Shown here piece after piece: positions 34,791-48,679 of a DNA stretch of 64,000 nucleotides (the stretch's first letter is position 1; each line of letters opens with the position of its first letter). The notes below the pieces were generated by a model. It searched no databases. It had not been told where the DNA came from and was given only the letters and a program-made list of their open reading frames with translations. Source of the DNA: Somniosus microcephalus (Eukaryota). A program made the translations under genes and the position numbers. The stretch lies in NCBI GenBank assembly GCA_052327205.1, contig CM126222.1:62620001-62684000 (forward strand), given 5' to 3'.

Positions 34791-37539
34791 GCAATATTAT
34801 TCAGTTACTAAACCTTAATTTAATATTTTAAGAATCGCAGGTATCTGCTACGACTAGAATAGGATCCATTTCCTGTAGGAGCAAGTTGTAAGTTTGGGGC
34901 ATGAATTTGCAAATTAATTTTTTTTTCGTGTTGATTCTGGCATAAGCACTGCCACAGGTTTACATGTACTGTCAATTTCTGTATATTTAAGCATAATTAT
35001 GGGTATAAAAGTTACATGCATCCATGACAGAATCACTGGTGGTTATCTGAGAGAGGCTGCAATGTTTTTGGAATGTGGGTGACACTGGCAAGGCTCCATT
35101 TCTTGCCAGTTTCTTGTGCCCCATGGAGGCGGTGGTGGGCCGCCTTAGCCTGGTAACTACAGAGCTAATTTGCTGCCCGCAACCTGTGGTTAATACTGTC
35201 TGCTTAGAATGAAGCTCAATCACACTTGTTCTTTCTCCACCCCCTGCCCTGGTCCCCATTCCCTAGCCAGGGGAGATGTGCACCCACATGCAGAGCTCTC
35301 TGGAGCTGATACATTTTGGATGTTTTGAAAGCACAAGCAGGAACATTGCTGCACTTGAAACAAAAATTAATTTCTTTAAGTTTATTAAGTGCTCCAAATG
35401 TCCAACCGACCACCCCCCCCCCCCCCCCCCTCCCCCTTGACTTTTTAATTTAGCTTGATGCCACACTGGAGTTTTACTCCTTGCAATATCAAGCCTGAGT
35501 TTTAGATGGCCTTGAGGGGTCTCACATTACTGCTTAAGTTGGATCAGGACCTGAATCTGAAGTTACTTCTGCATCATAGCAAAGTGGAAACTGCTTCACA
35601 GCATTGCAGAAGCAGCCATATAATTACACTTGTGACACATTTTTATGGCACTACTGTGAAGTATTGAAACATAAAATGTTGATGCATCTATAAGGAAGCT
35701 GAAATTTGAATGTTTCTTAATAAAGCATATGGGTACATTTACATTTTTTGACTATGAAATGAATAGTGTTGGCCTTCCCTATCCAACCATTCTTACCTTC
35801 CTCCACCCAGCCTTGGGGCAGATTCAAGTGACGTTTAACAGTGGATTGAGTAACATCGTAGCAACAGTGAGCAGTGCCAGTGTATTCATGATTGGAATTA
35901 TTTACAGTAGTTTAAAAATTATTTCACTGTAGATTTGTGATACCATAGTAAACAATTCATTTAGTGTATAGTTTTAAAATTATGTTGGTTTTCCCCTCAT
36001 AAAATTCCAGTAACTTGGAACATCCTAATTCATTGGTAATGAATCTTGCATAAGAATGATTTAGGTAATGATTGGTACAACTTACTTCAGGTATTTTATA
36101 ACAAAGTTAATTGCTTAGTTAGTTTTATTACCATTTATTGCAGATTACTTGCGTGCTGTTTCTCCAGTGAACTATCTTGTAGGATGTACTGTTCACAAAG
36201 ATGTGCTGGTGATGATGCAGCTTTATGCGCATCTGAGCTAAAAGCAAACTAAAACTTCTGTGAAATCGGCTGATGGCCGACAGGAGCTAAGTCAGTTGCT
36301 CAAACTTTACCCAGCTGTGACTTCAAAGTAAGAAATTGGATCTGTTTGCCAAGTTCCTTGCCAAGACTTCACCACCCTTTTACTGCAGTTCATAGATAGT
36401 GATGAAATTTACTGACCGCATTGGTCAAAAGACAATTCACATTCAGTTTATAGGAGGGAGTTAAACCAAGTTTTAGATACGATTTGTAATCCAATAGTGC
36501 TTAAATAAATTATTTCCAAGCCGATGTACTTGGATGGCGGGGGTGAGGGTGGTAGGAGAGAGAGGAATGGGTAAACTGGAAAAAACACACTCTCTCTGCT
36601 CTTGTGGAGTGGCAGCAATGGGAAGTGAAGGAGAACTGGAGATGTTTTTTTTATTTTTGCCGACTTATTGGCACCATTATCCTTGGAGGGATACAAGAGG
36701 CTGAGAATTTAATGGTCGTATCCCACTGGAATAGTTTGAGACCACCGATCTAACCAATAGCACCCATATTACATGTGTGTGCAGTGTCAGTCTCCAATTA
36801 ACGCACTATTGGCTTTAGTTATTTCTTGTGGAGATCCGGGAGAGCTGAGAGCCATTTACTGATGATGGGCACATTTGTCAGATGAGAAAAAATGAAATGG
36901 TTTCAGACAAGTTTTTTTTCCTGTTTAGTTAACTTAATTACGCTCAAGTAGTTGGGCAGATGGGAGATAGTGAAAGCGGCAGAAAGTTAGAGGCTGGAGA
37001 GACCAGGACTGAGCAAACAGGATGATGGGAATTAGAGAGTGATGGAAGCTGAAGGGTTAGAATGTAACACAAAAACTGCAGATGGTGCCAACCGATCGGG
37101 CAGTATAGGAATGAACATTTAAAGCAAAAAGTTATTTGCAGGTAGCAGGGCTTCTTTGCTTGGTTCCAAGCATGAGGAATGGTTGCTGTTGGGGTTTAGT
37201 GGGTCCTTGCTATAAAAGTTTATTCTCTGACTTACTGACAACAAACGCTTTAAAATAATTAATTGTAAGTGGAAACCCTTTGGGATGTTTGAGAAGCTTG
37301 ATGAGTTGCTATATGACGAAAAGTATTTATTCTTCACCATGTAACAACACCATGGGAGATCTCTGTTTACTTAATTTATCTATACATAAACACTGGAAAA
37401 TGCCTTTTTCTCTACAATCCACAAATGCCAATGAAATCAATCACACGGTCAGAAATGTCCAACATTTAATTGCAAAATTAATTAATTGCTGTGAAAAATT
37501 GGTATTCTCTAATTTAAGAATTTCATCCCCTTCATGCTA

Positions 37540-38260
37540 CAGATGTTGGTGTTTAGAGAGATTTAGGTGCCCTCGTAAAGGAAACACAAAGTTAGCATGC
37601 AGGTACAGCAAGCAGTTTGGAAGGCAAATGGAATGTTGGCCTTTATTGCAAGGGGTTGGAGTATAAGAGTAAGGAAGTCTTACTACAATTGTACCGGGCT
37701 TTGGCAAGACCACACCTGGAGTACTGTGCACAGTTTTGGTCTCCTTATTTAAGGAAGGATATACTTGCCTTGGAGGCGGCTCAATGAAGGTTCACTAAAT
37801 TGATCCCTGGGATATGAGAGCTGTCCTATGAGAAGAGATTGAGTAGATTGAGCCTATACTCTCTGGAGTTTAGAAGAATGAGAGGTGATCTCATTGAAAC
37901 ATAAGATTCTGAGGGGGATTGACAGGGTAGATGCTGAGAGGTTGTTTCCTCTCGCTGGAGAGTCTAGAACTAGGGGGCACAGTCTCCTGAGATAAGGGGT
38001 CGGCCATTTAAGACTGAGATGAGGAAGAATTTCTTCACTCAGAGGGTTGTGAATCCTTGGAATTCTCTACCCCAAAGGGCTGTGGATACTGACTCGTTGA
38101 GCATATTCAAGGCTGAGATCGGTAGATTTTTGGACTCATGGGGAATCAAGGGATATGGGGATTGGGCGGGAAAGTGGAGTAGAGGTCGAAGATCAGCCAT
38201 GATCTTATTGAATGGCGGAGCAGGCTCGAGTGGCCGTATGGCCTGCTCCTATTTCTTATG
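37540..38260 (+). mobile_element. CR1 LINE 3' portion
   Basis: RKNFFTQRVVNPWNSLP; CR1 tail. Confidence 0.88.
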
Positions 38261-40760
38261 TACAGTGTATTTGCATGTTCCCTTCAGTACAACTTTTAAG
38301 AGTACTTTTTTGGGTGGAGAGGGGAGGAGCAGCAAATGGGGAAAATGTACAGGAGGCTGATAAGCATCTAAAAAAGATTGACATTTCAGGTGTGGCCTGG
38401 TATGTGGTAGTAATCATTACATCATAATCTGTTCCTGGGTCACTCTAGAACCACAAATTACACTGAACAATGCTACCTTATGAATGCGTATACTATTTCC
38501 ACTATTTTAATGGGGGCATTAGTCCCTTGGAAATAAAAGGGTTAATGCCTCTCTTAAAATAGCAGAGAAGAACTTGCGTTGGAATATTATACAATAACAT
38601 TGCTCACAGTGACTAGTTTCAGTCATGCTTTTTTCCCCCAAGGTGCTTGATGTTGGTCAATAATATCAGACAAACAACTGTGACATCATTGAAAGCTTTT
38701 TGGTTCAAGTGTGAATCTTCAATTGATTATTTGAAAAGTCTTTGCTTGCCTATATTGTACATCCATAATACAAGCAGAATGGTGACAGCCCAGCCGCTCG
38801 AGGTGGAATTAGCCTGTAATTTCCTGTTGCCAGATTGAACTAGGAACAACCAGTGAATCTATCATTAGCTGTTTTCTCTGAATAAACATATATTTTCGTA
38901 ACTATGTGCCACTGCAGTTCTTAATATTCATTTTAAATAAAAATGTTGAATCTAAATGACATAGAATATTGGTGCTTTATGAGCTCAACCCATTAGAATG
39001 TAAGTTTGCTTCTATGAACCTCCCATGTAAGCTCCTGATCATAGTTGTGGCATTAGGAGAAGCATAGAGCTCACAACTAAAGCATTTATTTGAAAAAAAC
39101 CTAATGTAAATATAAAGCAAGATTCAGCCACTGAAGCTTAAACCCCGCTGGAGTACTGAATAATGAACTCTTTTATTAGTTGCTATTGGGTGAATGCGAC
39201 ATTCGAGAAATCTGTGGCGTATTTGTAGACAGATGTAGTCTGCCGAGGTGGGTTTTCTCTAAGTTGATACCCTCTGGCAAACAGCCACATGTGGTCATAT
39301 CTGTAGTTAGCCTGTTTAAATCTCAAGGCAATGTTTGTCTAAGTTGTGTGCCTCTGATTCTAAAGCACTTTTAAGTTTAGAAACTGGTGGCTTGAGTATA
39401 TCATAAACACATTACAATTATTCTTAAATACTGTTTCTCGTACATGAAGCTATCGGATGCCAAGACTAATAGATGCAACTTGTGTCATGATGCTTATCTA
39501 TTATGGCCCTGTTGCTGAGATAACTATATATAGTAAAATCATGTAACCTCTTTTATTGAGTTTGTCTGAAAACATAAAACCATTGTGCCCTCCCAATACG
39601 GGGTGATGAGTCATTGGTTAAGTTCTCCTGGGTCTCTAATCCTTAAAATAATTTAGACTTTTCTACTTAAACTTGTTTGTTACACATAGAACGAAAATCT
39701 GGCAAGATCAGCTCGTAAAAGAATGGAAACGACCTCAGCTCAAAAAGGCAAAGCTTTTGCTGTGTGCCAGGTTGAAACCTTGTGATTGCAGTGTTTAATT
39801 TTATCTTGCAATGCGATATTTTGTTTAAATTGCGCAGTAATCAAATAGTATTTTTTTAATTGAAGTATTGAACATATTTCAGTGCGGTCTTCATTGTAAT
39901 TACTGGTTAGCGAGCAGATATAAATTACTGCATGTTGTTCAGCAGGATTTTTTTTCCACAATCTACATGTATAATCTGCAGAATTAGTATACTTAGATCT
40001 GTTTTCATAAAATTGGCTTAGTGCACTATCACAGGATTATAGAGAATGCATTATGAAATAGTAATAAACATAGCAAATGTTATCTGAATTGAAATTACAA
40101 TGTTCAAAAATTGTCAAAATAGTCACCAGTTTGCAGTGTTGGGGTCAAAGTTAGTCACCATGGCAGTTTTGTTTGGCAGTTCTGATTTTGGGACAGTAGC
40201 ACCATATTAACATCCTTTTGCAATTTTTGTCCTTTGGTCTCTGCATTTTCCATTCTCGCCCAGTTCTCCATCAGACCCCAGGCAGATGCGGAAAGTGCAT
40301 GTCCAGCAGTTCAAAATAAAATCCTTGAAAAATGCGTATCTTCCTGTTGTCTGAACACGATAAGTCGGCACTTTAGTATTTCCTAATGCAGTCTCTAATG
40401 AGACCTGTGCCTTTAACTGCATTTGGAAAAACTTGAATGAGGAATTAAACTTATTGCTGGTACTCCACCCCAGTGGAATATAGCCAGGATATAGAGGCAT
40501 ACTGAAGAAGCAGTTGGACAAGTTGGGTTGGTTCTATTCACCGTACAGTTGACGACCTATGCCCTTTACACTGGAAAAGTATCAACAGCAGTGTTGTTTA
40601 TTTTGGGTGGATCTCTTGAATAATTGGGCCATGGGTAATGCTAATGCAGGGCATTTGTTTCTGGACAGAATTGAAGATAAACCACTGAACATCAATACAA
40701 TTCCATTGGGCCAAGGCGGCTGCAGGCACAGCCACCAATGGTGGGGCACAGGGTTGGGCC

Positions 40761-40919
40761 CAATGTTCCCGCTCAACTAAAATGGGCCCTTTAACTGGCT
40801 GTGCGGCCAATTCACATTTTAGCACATGCATGATTTTTTTTCCCCATGTAAAAGCCGGTGAGCGGCCTGCAAGGGACCTCCAGACCGCTGCACAGCCGTG
40901 CAGCTTAATGGGAACATTG
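40761..40919. mobile_element. hAT-like MITE (second copy, opposite orientation)
   Basis: TIR CAATGTTCCC/GGGAACATTG; TSD gttgggcc / gttgggcg. Confidence 0.8.
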
Positions 40920-41025
40920 GTTGGGCGAATGCACAATAGGCTAGATTCCGAGGAATTCGGGCGGGGCTGGGGTTACAGCGATAGAGGCACAAGGCCCTGA
41001 AGGGATTAAAATACCAGGATGAGAA

Positions 41026-43018
41026 CCGTCACTGACCTCATCTCCTCTGGAGATCTCCCCTCCCCACAGCCGCTACCTCCTTCCCAAGATCCACAAACAG
41101 GACTGCACTGGTAGACCCATCGTTTCAGCCTGTTCTTCCCCACGGAACTTATCTCTTCCTATCTCAACTCTTTTTTTCTCCACTTGTCCAGTCTCTTTCC
41201 ACCTACACCCGCGACTCTTCCGACGCCCTCCGCCACTTTAACAGTTTCCAGTTTCCTGGCCCCAACCGCCTCCTTTTCACTATGGGCGTACAATCCCTCT
41301 ACAACTCCATCCCCCACCAGGATGGCCTGAGGGTGCTCCGCTTCCTCCTTGTACAGAGGCCCAACCAGTCCCCATCCACCACCACCCTCCTCCGCCTGGC
41401 TGAACTTGTTCTCACATTGAACAACTTCTCCTTTGACTCCACTCACTTCCTCCAAATCAAAGGCGTTGCTATGGGAACCCGCATGGGTCCCAGCTATGCC
41501 TGCCTTTTCGTGGGATATGTGGAACACTTTGGTCCAGTCCTACACGGGTCCCCTCCCTCACCTCTTTTTCCGGTACATTGATGACTGTATCGATGCCGTT
41601 TCCTGCTCTCGCCCTGAACTAGATAATTTCATTCACTTTGCTTCCAATTTCCACCCTTCCCTCACCTTCACATGGTCCATCTCCGACTTCCCTTCCTCAA
41701 CTTCTCCGTCTCCATCTCTGGGGATAGGTTATTGACAAACATTCACTACAAGCCCACCGACTCCCACAGCTACCTGGACTACACTTCCTCCCACCCCGCC
41801 TCCTGTAAGGACTCTATTCCATTCTCCAAGCTTCTCCGTCTCCGCCGCATCTGCTCGGACGATGCCACCTTCCATACCAGTGCTTCTGACATGTCTTTTT
41901 CCTCAACCGAGGATTCCCCTCTACAGTGGTTGACACGGCCCTTAACCGTGTCTGTTCTATCTCCCGCACCCCTGCCCCTCCCTCCCAGAACCACGATAGA
42001 GTTCCCCTTGTCCTCACCTTTCACTCCACCAGCCTCCACATTCAACGGATCATTTTCTGCCACCTCCAGCGTGATCCCACCACCAAACGCATCTTCCCCT
42101 CACCTCCCCTTTCAGCATTCCGTAGGGGCCGCTCCCTCCACGACACCCTGGTCTACTCCTCTATCGCCCCCAACGCCCCTTCCCCCGGCACCTTCCCGTG
42201 CAAGCGCAGGAGATGCAACACATGCCCTTACACCTCCCCCCCTTCCCACTGTCCAGGGCCCCAAACACCCCTTCCAGGTGAAACAGCAATTTACTTGTAC
42301 TTCTTACAATTTAGTATACTGTATTCGCTGCTCACGATACGGTCTCCTCTACATTGGGAAGACCAAACGCAGATTGGGTGACCGCTTTGCGGAACACCTC
42401 CGTTCAGTCCGTAAGGGGCACCTCGAGCTTCTGGTCGCCTGTCACTTTAATCCACCGCTCCGCTCCCACTCTGACCTCACCGTCCTTGGCCTCTTGCATT
42501 GTTCCACGGAAGCTCAGCGTAAGCTCGAGGAACAGCACCTCATCTTCCGATTAGGCACTTTACAGCCTTCTGGACTCAACATAGAGTTCAACAATTTCAG
42601 ATCATAACCTCGGCCCCTATCATATGTATTTTTTATCCACACTTTTTGTCTGGGTCTTTTTTTCTTCTCTCCCACAGGGCAGCTGTCTTTCATTCTGCCA
42701 GCGCAATTTACACTTCATCTCGAGCCATCCTTTGTTTCTTAACTTGTCCCATTACCACCTCCTCTTGCCTTGAATATCTCAATCTCTCCTACCTTCTATC
42801 CTATCACAGGCCTTCCCTTTTGTTCTTTCATTTCCCCCCCCCCCCCGCAATTCCCAGCCACTACACTTGCTTAACAATGTGTTCCATAAAAATCTGTTCC
42901 ATTTCCTGCTTTTTTCCAGTTCTGACGAAAGGTCATCGACCTGAAACGTTAACTCTGTTTCTCTCTTCATAGATGCTGCCTGACCGGCTGAGTTTCTCCA
43001 GCATTTTCTGTTTTTATT
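41026..43018 (+). mobile_element. Penelope-like retroelement (Neptune-type), 5'-truncated and frameshifted: RT, Cys linker, GIY-YIG endonuclease, 3' pLTR
   Basis: LLPKIHK..GRPIVS, GVAMGTRMGPSYA, RYIDD, HYKPTD, linker CKRRRCNTC, LVYCIRC..LYIGKTKRRL..RFAEH, GLN end (stop at 42607). TSD TGAGAA (41020-25 / 43019-24) inside an L2 fragment. Confidence 0.9.
42918..42954 (+). ncRNA. Minimal type I hammerhead ribozyme motif (Penelope pLTR)
   Basis: AGTT-CTGACGA-A-AGGTC(ATC)GACCT-GAAA-CG-TT-AACT: stem I AGTT/AACT, 5-bp stem II, palindromic ACGT in place of stem III. Confidence 0.7.
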
Positions 43019-43559
43019 TGAGAATTTTAGGTTTGAGGCATTGGGGACAGTGGAGTGGTATGAAAAATCACCACTGATGTTATAAGTTTCATTTCCTTCC
43101 ATAAATGAAAATGGGTCCACAGAAGACGTTAAAGATTTCTGAGAAACTGGGGAAAAAAGCAAAACCAACCATAATATTGAATTAATTTCATGAAAGTTAT
43201 TTGTAATGGGAAACCTTTATTCAACCCACTATAAATTAGGAAACCCAAGTGGGTTAGAGTCAGAGTTGGTATATGTAATGCAGGATTGCATATCTTGACC
43301 TGCTATTTCTAAATGACCCAGATTACATACAAAAAGTAGAAATCATAGCACCCCTGGGGATAGTGACTGCAGAGCAATCAAGTTTGACATAATCTGGACT
43401 GAGTAATATCAAAGACCAGGAGCCAGGTTTATAATTTTTAAAGGGGTTAAATTCAAATAGGTGAGTGAAGAATTGAGACAAATGCATTGGAGGGAGGATG
43501 TTTGCCAACATTTCAGTAGAAAGCAAATGGGACGCCTTGGAAGTATATTACAGTGAGGA

Positions 43560-44440
43560 GGATAGTGATAGACTTCAAGAAGACATAGACAGCTGCTGAA
43601 ATGGGCGGACACAAGGCAAATTAAATTTAACGCAGAAAAGTTCAAAGTGATACATTTTGGTAAGAAGAACGAGGATAGGCAATATAAACTAAAGGGTACA
43701 ATCCTAAAGGGGATGCATGAACAGAGAGACCTGGAGGTATATGTGCACAACTTGTTGAAGGTGGCTGGGCAGGTTGAGAAAGCGGTTAAAAAAGCATACG
43801 GGATCCTGGGCTTCATAAATAGAGGCATAGAGTACAAAAACAAGGAAGTTATGATGAACCTTTATAAAACACTAGTTTGGCCTCAACTGGAGTATTGTGT
43901 CCAATTCTGGGCACCACACTATAGATAGGAAGGATGTGAAGGCCTGAGAGAGGATGCAGAAAAGATTTACGAGAACAATTCCAGGGATGAGGGACTTCAG
44001 TTATGTGGATAGACTGGAGAAGCTGGGGTTGTTCTCCTTAGAGCAGAGAAGGTTGAGAGGAGATTTGGTAGAGGTGTTCAAAATCATGAGGGGTCCAGAC
44101 AGAGTAGATAGAGAGAAACTGTTCCCATTGGTGGAAGGGTCGACAACCAGAGGACACAGACTTAAGGTGATTGGCAAAAGAACCAAAGGCGACGTCAGGA
44201 AAAACTTTTTTACGCAGCGAGTGGTTAGGATCTGGAATGCACTGCCTGAAAGGGTGGTGGCGGCAGATTCAATCGTGGCTTTCAAAAGGGAGTTGGATAA
44301 GTACCTGAAGGAAAAAAAAATTGCATGGCTGTGGGGAAAGGGCGGGGGAGTGGGACTAGCTGAAGTGCTCTTGCAGCGAGCCGGCACGGGCTCGACGGGC
44401 TGAATGGCCTCCTGTGCTGTAACCATTCTATGATTCTAAG
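43560..44440 (+). mobile_element. CR1 LINE, second subfamily (different 3' tail)
   Basis: LYKTLVWPQLEYCVQFWAP, LFSLEQRRLRGDL, FFTQRVVRIWNALP; tail ggcctcctgtgctgtaaccattctatgattcta. Confidence 0.88.
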
Positions 44441-45970
44441 GAAATAATGCTTCACATGCAGCACAAGTACATATCTAAGATCAACAAGCTCAGACTATCA
44501 AGCATGACCCTAAATGGATAACAAACAATCAAGTGGAAAAGTGACCTCTACAGATCCTTCAGTGAGCAATGAGAAGGTGCTCACTGTGAATATAGGATTA
44601 TGTTGAAACAAGTTAAGAGTGATCAGAGGAGCTAAGAGACACTGACAAAAGACACAGCCGTAGAGCCAAAATAGAACAATAAATAATCTCGGTATCACAG
44701 TAGCAAGAGGACTAACTGAGCGGAAGTGAAAATACTAAAAGATGCAAATGGACTTGAAACTGATGATGAGCACAAGACAGTAAATATTCTGAATGACTAC
44801 TTCCTCAAAGTATTCACAAGGGAAGATATGAATAACATGTTCTGCCTAAAAAAGAGTGCCAAGGTGCAATTCAAGGCTTTGATATAAATGAGATGGAAGT
44901 CCTAGACAACCTAGGTTTAAAACAACTAAATCCCCAGGGTTAGATGATATTTAACCCAGAATGTTGAGACTAGCAAGGAGATTTGCAAGGCGCTGACAAT
45001 CATTGTAATGGAGTCAGTGGACACTGGGGAAGTACCAGTAGATTGCACTCAGGCTAATGTGATGCCCATAGTCAAAGAGTGACAAAACAGACACGGGCAA
45101 CTATACACCTATTTGCCTTCTATTCCATGCAAAATAATTTAATCATTTCGTGGGAGTGAATTTGAGGATTATCTGTACAGCAACCTAGTAAACAACAGTC
45201 CCAACCTCCTTGATTTCCTTTGAGAAAGTAACAACCCAAGTTGACTAGTAAACCATATAACATTGCATAATAAGACTTCCAAAAAGGTATTTGATAATTA
45301 ATAATCTTTCATGTGTATCTTTAAATTTAAAGCTTATGGGGATTCAGGGCAAAACTTGGTTATGGATAAGAAACTGGCTGAAAGGTAGAAAACAATGGGT
45401 ATTTTTGGTAAGTGGGGTGGGAGGGGAGTATTGAGTGAGTGTGCCCCAGAGCTCAGTGTTGCTACCACTACTATTTCTAATTTACACCATAACTTGGATT
45501 AGATTCTAAAATTCAATGCAAATTGGTTGAATTTGCAGATGATACCAAGAGAGACCGTGGAATCGAAGGAGACAGCCAGAAACTACAGAATGAGGGAAAC
45601 AAAATGTGTGGGGCAAACCATGGCAGATTAAATTTAATGCATTTGATATTGCACATGGGAAGGAAAAATTAGCAACATCCATACTTGATAAAGGGTGTTG
45701 AAATAGCTACGGATGAAGTTGAAAGAGACCTTAGGAGTCTTAGTCGACTCGACATTCAACGTGTCCAGCCAATACAGAGCAGTCAACAAAGTCAATAGAA
45801 TGTTGAACTACATAACCAAAACAGTAGAATAAATGTCACAAGAAACCATGATCAAACTGTACGGTGCTTTGGTCAGACCATTCATTGAGCACTATCCAGG
45901 TCTAATCGCCAAGAAAGAAGGGAGACATTTGAGCACTGCAGGCAGTGGAGAAAAGAACCACGAGATGGAT
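44440..45970 (+). mobile_element. Old CR1 LINE fragment (probably continues 43190-43560)
   Basis: Degenerate tctgaatgactacttc, gacttccaaaaggtatttgataa, tttgcagatgatacc, ctttggtcagacca. Confidence 0.65.
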
Positions 45971-45974
45971 TCCT

Positions 45975-46737
45975 AGGGCTGGATTTTGTCAATGGGGATG
46001 TGATGGAGGCGGGACTGGGTTGTAGTCCCGCCTCCATCGATTTGTGGCCAACCCCCACGATTTTCCCTTGTTTGACCTTGTTGAGCCTGCCCAGCGGGCT
46101 CAGCAGGCCAATTAAGGGACACCTGGTTACAGGTGATGTCAGGGATTGACATTTCATCTGTCAAGAGCTTTTGACAGATGAAATATCAGCGTTTGACAGC
46201 TTGACACTCTCCCCTTTACTGGTTGCTTCTCTCGCGCCGCACCCACTCTCACCGTTGCTGCTTCCCAGCTCTGCAGGAAGTGCTGGTTTCCATGCCCACT
46301 CACACCCCAGTCTCCCTAGCTCCAAACCCCCAGTCCATTGTCGTCCTCTCCCCAATCCATTTCCACTCTCTTTCCCTTAGTCCCTGTTCACCCAACCCAA
46401 CTCCATCCCACAACTGTTCCTGCTCCATGTCTCTCCTTCCACTCCCTCACCCCAGCTTCCCCCAGACTCACCCCTGATTTTGCACCAACTGGCCCCGTTT
46501 CTGGTCACCCCAAAGCGGGAGCTGGCTCTCTGTGGCGGAGGGTGAGGGTGGCGTCACTGAGCTGGAGGCTTCTCTGTAGCGACAGCCGACAACATTATGG
46601 AGCGAGGTGGGCACTCCTGTAGGGAGAAATTTAAAGGGCCAAGTTCTCCCGGGCTGCTAACAGCAGTGCCCTGGAGAGTCATGTCCCATTCCGGGAGATG
46701 CTTGGACAATCCAGGAGGGTTGGTAATCCTAGCCCTT
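45975..46737. mobile_element. Composite non-autonomous DNA element(s)
   Basis: Ends agggctggatt and aatcctagccct; internal 14-bp perfect palindrome at 46151-46184. Confidence 0.45.
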
Positions 46738-47106
46738 TGAGATCTGGCAACAACTTTATTCTGTGCTTTGTTGGGCTAGAAGGCAACCACTCACTGGTTG
46801 TGATGCATTTTTCAAAGATTGTGATTGTGTCAGTCTACACAAGGTAGACTTTGTAATGGCTAAAAAAAAAAGGATTTTAAAGCTGGGTTTTTTCAGCCAA
46901 TAAAAAACATATTTTTGTAAAAGCTAGTTTCACCTCTAAAATGGGAGGAGGAGGCAAAAGAAGAGTAAAATATTTGTCAAAACAAGTAATGAAGAGTTGG
47001 AATAAGTTAACATTTAAAAAGACACACTGGGGAAAGTGGGAGCATTGAATTGAATTTTTTTAATGCAAGTTTTGTTTTAGGTTTTTAGTTGTGGTTTCAA
47101 TTAGTA

Positions 47107-47332
47107 CAGGTAGACTATCCTTTATCCGAACTTCCGAAAACCTCTAAAAACCGAAAGTTTTTTCGTTCCGCGTAAGTCGTGCGCACGACGCCGACCCCCA
47201 CCCCTGACCCCCCGCCGACGCCGACCCCCGACAAATTTCCCAGTCTTATAAAATACCTTCTGAAATCCGAAATTTTCCGAAAACCGAAACATGGCTGGTC
47301 CCGAGGTTTTCGGATAAAGGATAGTCTACCTG
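47107..47332. mobile_element. Tigger-like MITE with perfect 24-bp TIRs
   Basis: TA|CAGGTAGACTATCCTTTATCCGAA...TTCGGATAAAGGATAGTCTACCTG|TA. Confidence 0.9.
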
Positions 47333-47886
47333 TAATACGAAAAGGTAAAATAATCAGAATGACAGAAGAAATAGGGTGAGCAAGAGTGTGTTCAGTTTTT
47401 ACTAATCAAAAGCTGAAGTGTGTTTTGTGGAAGGTCAATATTACAGCTAGAAAGTTATCTTTTGCATTTGAATAACTATTATTGTAATATTAGGCTTTGT
47501 TTCAGTTGTCAACTGAAAAGTTTAAAACCCTTGAGTGTTTGAAATTCCCTGACTGCCGTTGCTGCTGTGAGGATTAACGTACACATGATCATGTACGTTT
47601 TATTGTAGACTTGCTATATGTGGTAAAGATATACATCTTGTGGAGTCTCGTAGCGCCAATTATTGTAAAAGTAACTTATTTGGGTTGAAACCACAATAGT
47701 TCTCAAAGCAATATCTTCTGTTTTTGCTGAATACTGTAATTGTGCTGAGATTACATACAATTATCACCTTTTATAACCATCTTGCAACATATTCTTTGCA
47801 TGTTTTTTGTTGATAGTCTGACGTTTATTTTGCCTAACTCTCTTTTTTCCCCCCTTCAAATAGGTTTCTGCTTCTGCTGTGGCCTC

Positions 47887-48520
47887 ATGTCTGTACTCCT
47901 ATATGGTTTACCGGATGGAAATGATTCTATGAGCTCCCTTCGCATATCCGTTGGTGGTCTTCCTGTTATAGCTTCCATGACAAAAACAAGAGATTCTCGT
48001 TTTCACCTGAAATGGAAGGCGATACTAGCAGCTGCTATAGCTCTCTTCATACTATACATGCTATATTTTCACAAGGGTTCTCCAAATAGCCCTCATCAAC
48101 GAAATGTCCACAACTGGCAGATTGATAACTTTCCAAGGGACAGATACAATGACACTTACCCACTTTCGCCCCCACAGAAGACCCTGGAAGGCATCCGATA
48201 CCGTATCGGGCTTATTGCTGACCTGGACACAAACTCAAAGAATGAACTGAACAGTGACACTTGGTTCAGTTACCTAAAGAAAGGCTACTTGATTTTATCA
48301 AACAGCGGTGACAAAGTGACTCTAGAATGGGACAAAAATGAGTCCATTCTCAAAACGCATTTGTCAGAAAAAGGACGTGGCATGGAACTGTCGGAACTCA
48401 TAGCATTTAATGGAAAGCTTTACACTGTGGATGATAGGACAGGAGTGGTATATGCTATTGATGGGGACAAGGCGGTCCCTTGGGTAATCTTGTCAGACGG
48501 AGACGGAACTGTTGAGAAAG
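47887..48520 (+). CDS. CANT1: CANT1 (calcium-activated nucleotidase 1) first coding exon; exon starts at 47864
   Basis: caaatag| acceptor. [33 protein letters not shown], type II TM segment ([17 protein letters not shown]), [40 protein letters not shown]. Donor AAG|gtacc; 634 nt CDS. Confidence 0.96.
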
Positions 48521-48679
48521 GTACCATAGCAACTTACTCTAATTTTTCATTTGCACAAGTCATTTCTACTAGCCTTATGGAATACTGTAGATTGCCAGTC
48601 ACTATAAATCTTGAAACCTTCACATGGGAGTCTTTACTCTGAGTAAAGATTGGTGTATTTAATTTTCTGCTTTTTATAT

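Noticed and set aside
41026-42607. Functional or domesticated Penelope ORF, or a selenoprotein-type PLE
   Set aside because: 5'-truncated with several frameshifts; no convincing in-frame UGA or SECIS seen.
47782-47886. N-terminal extension of the 286-aa CANT1 ORF
   Set aside because: It is intronic pyrimidine tract up to the acceptor at 47863; homology starts at the ATG at 47887.
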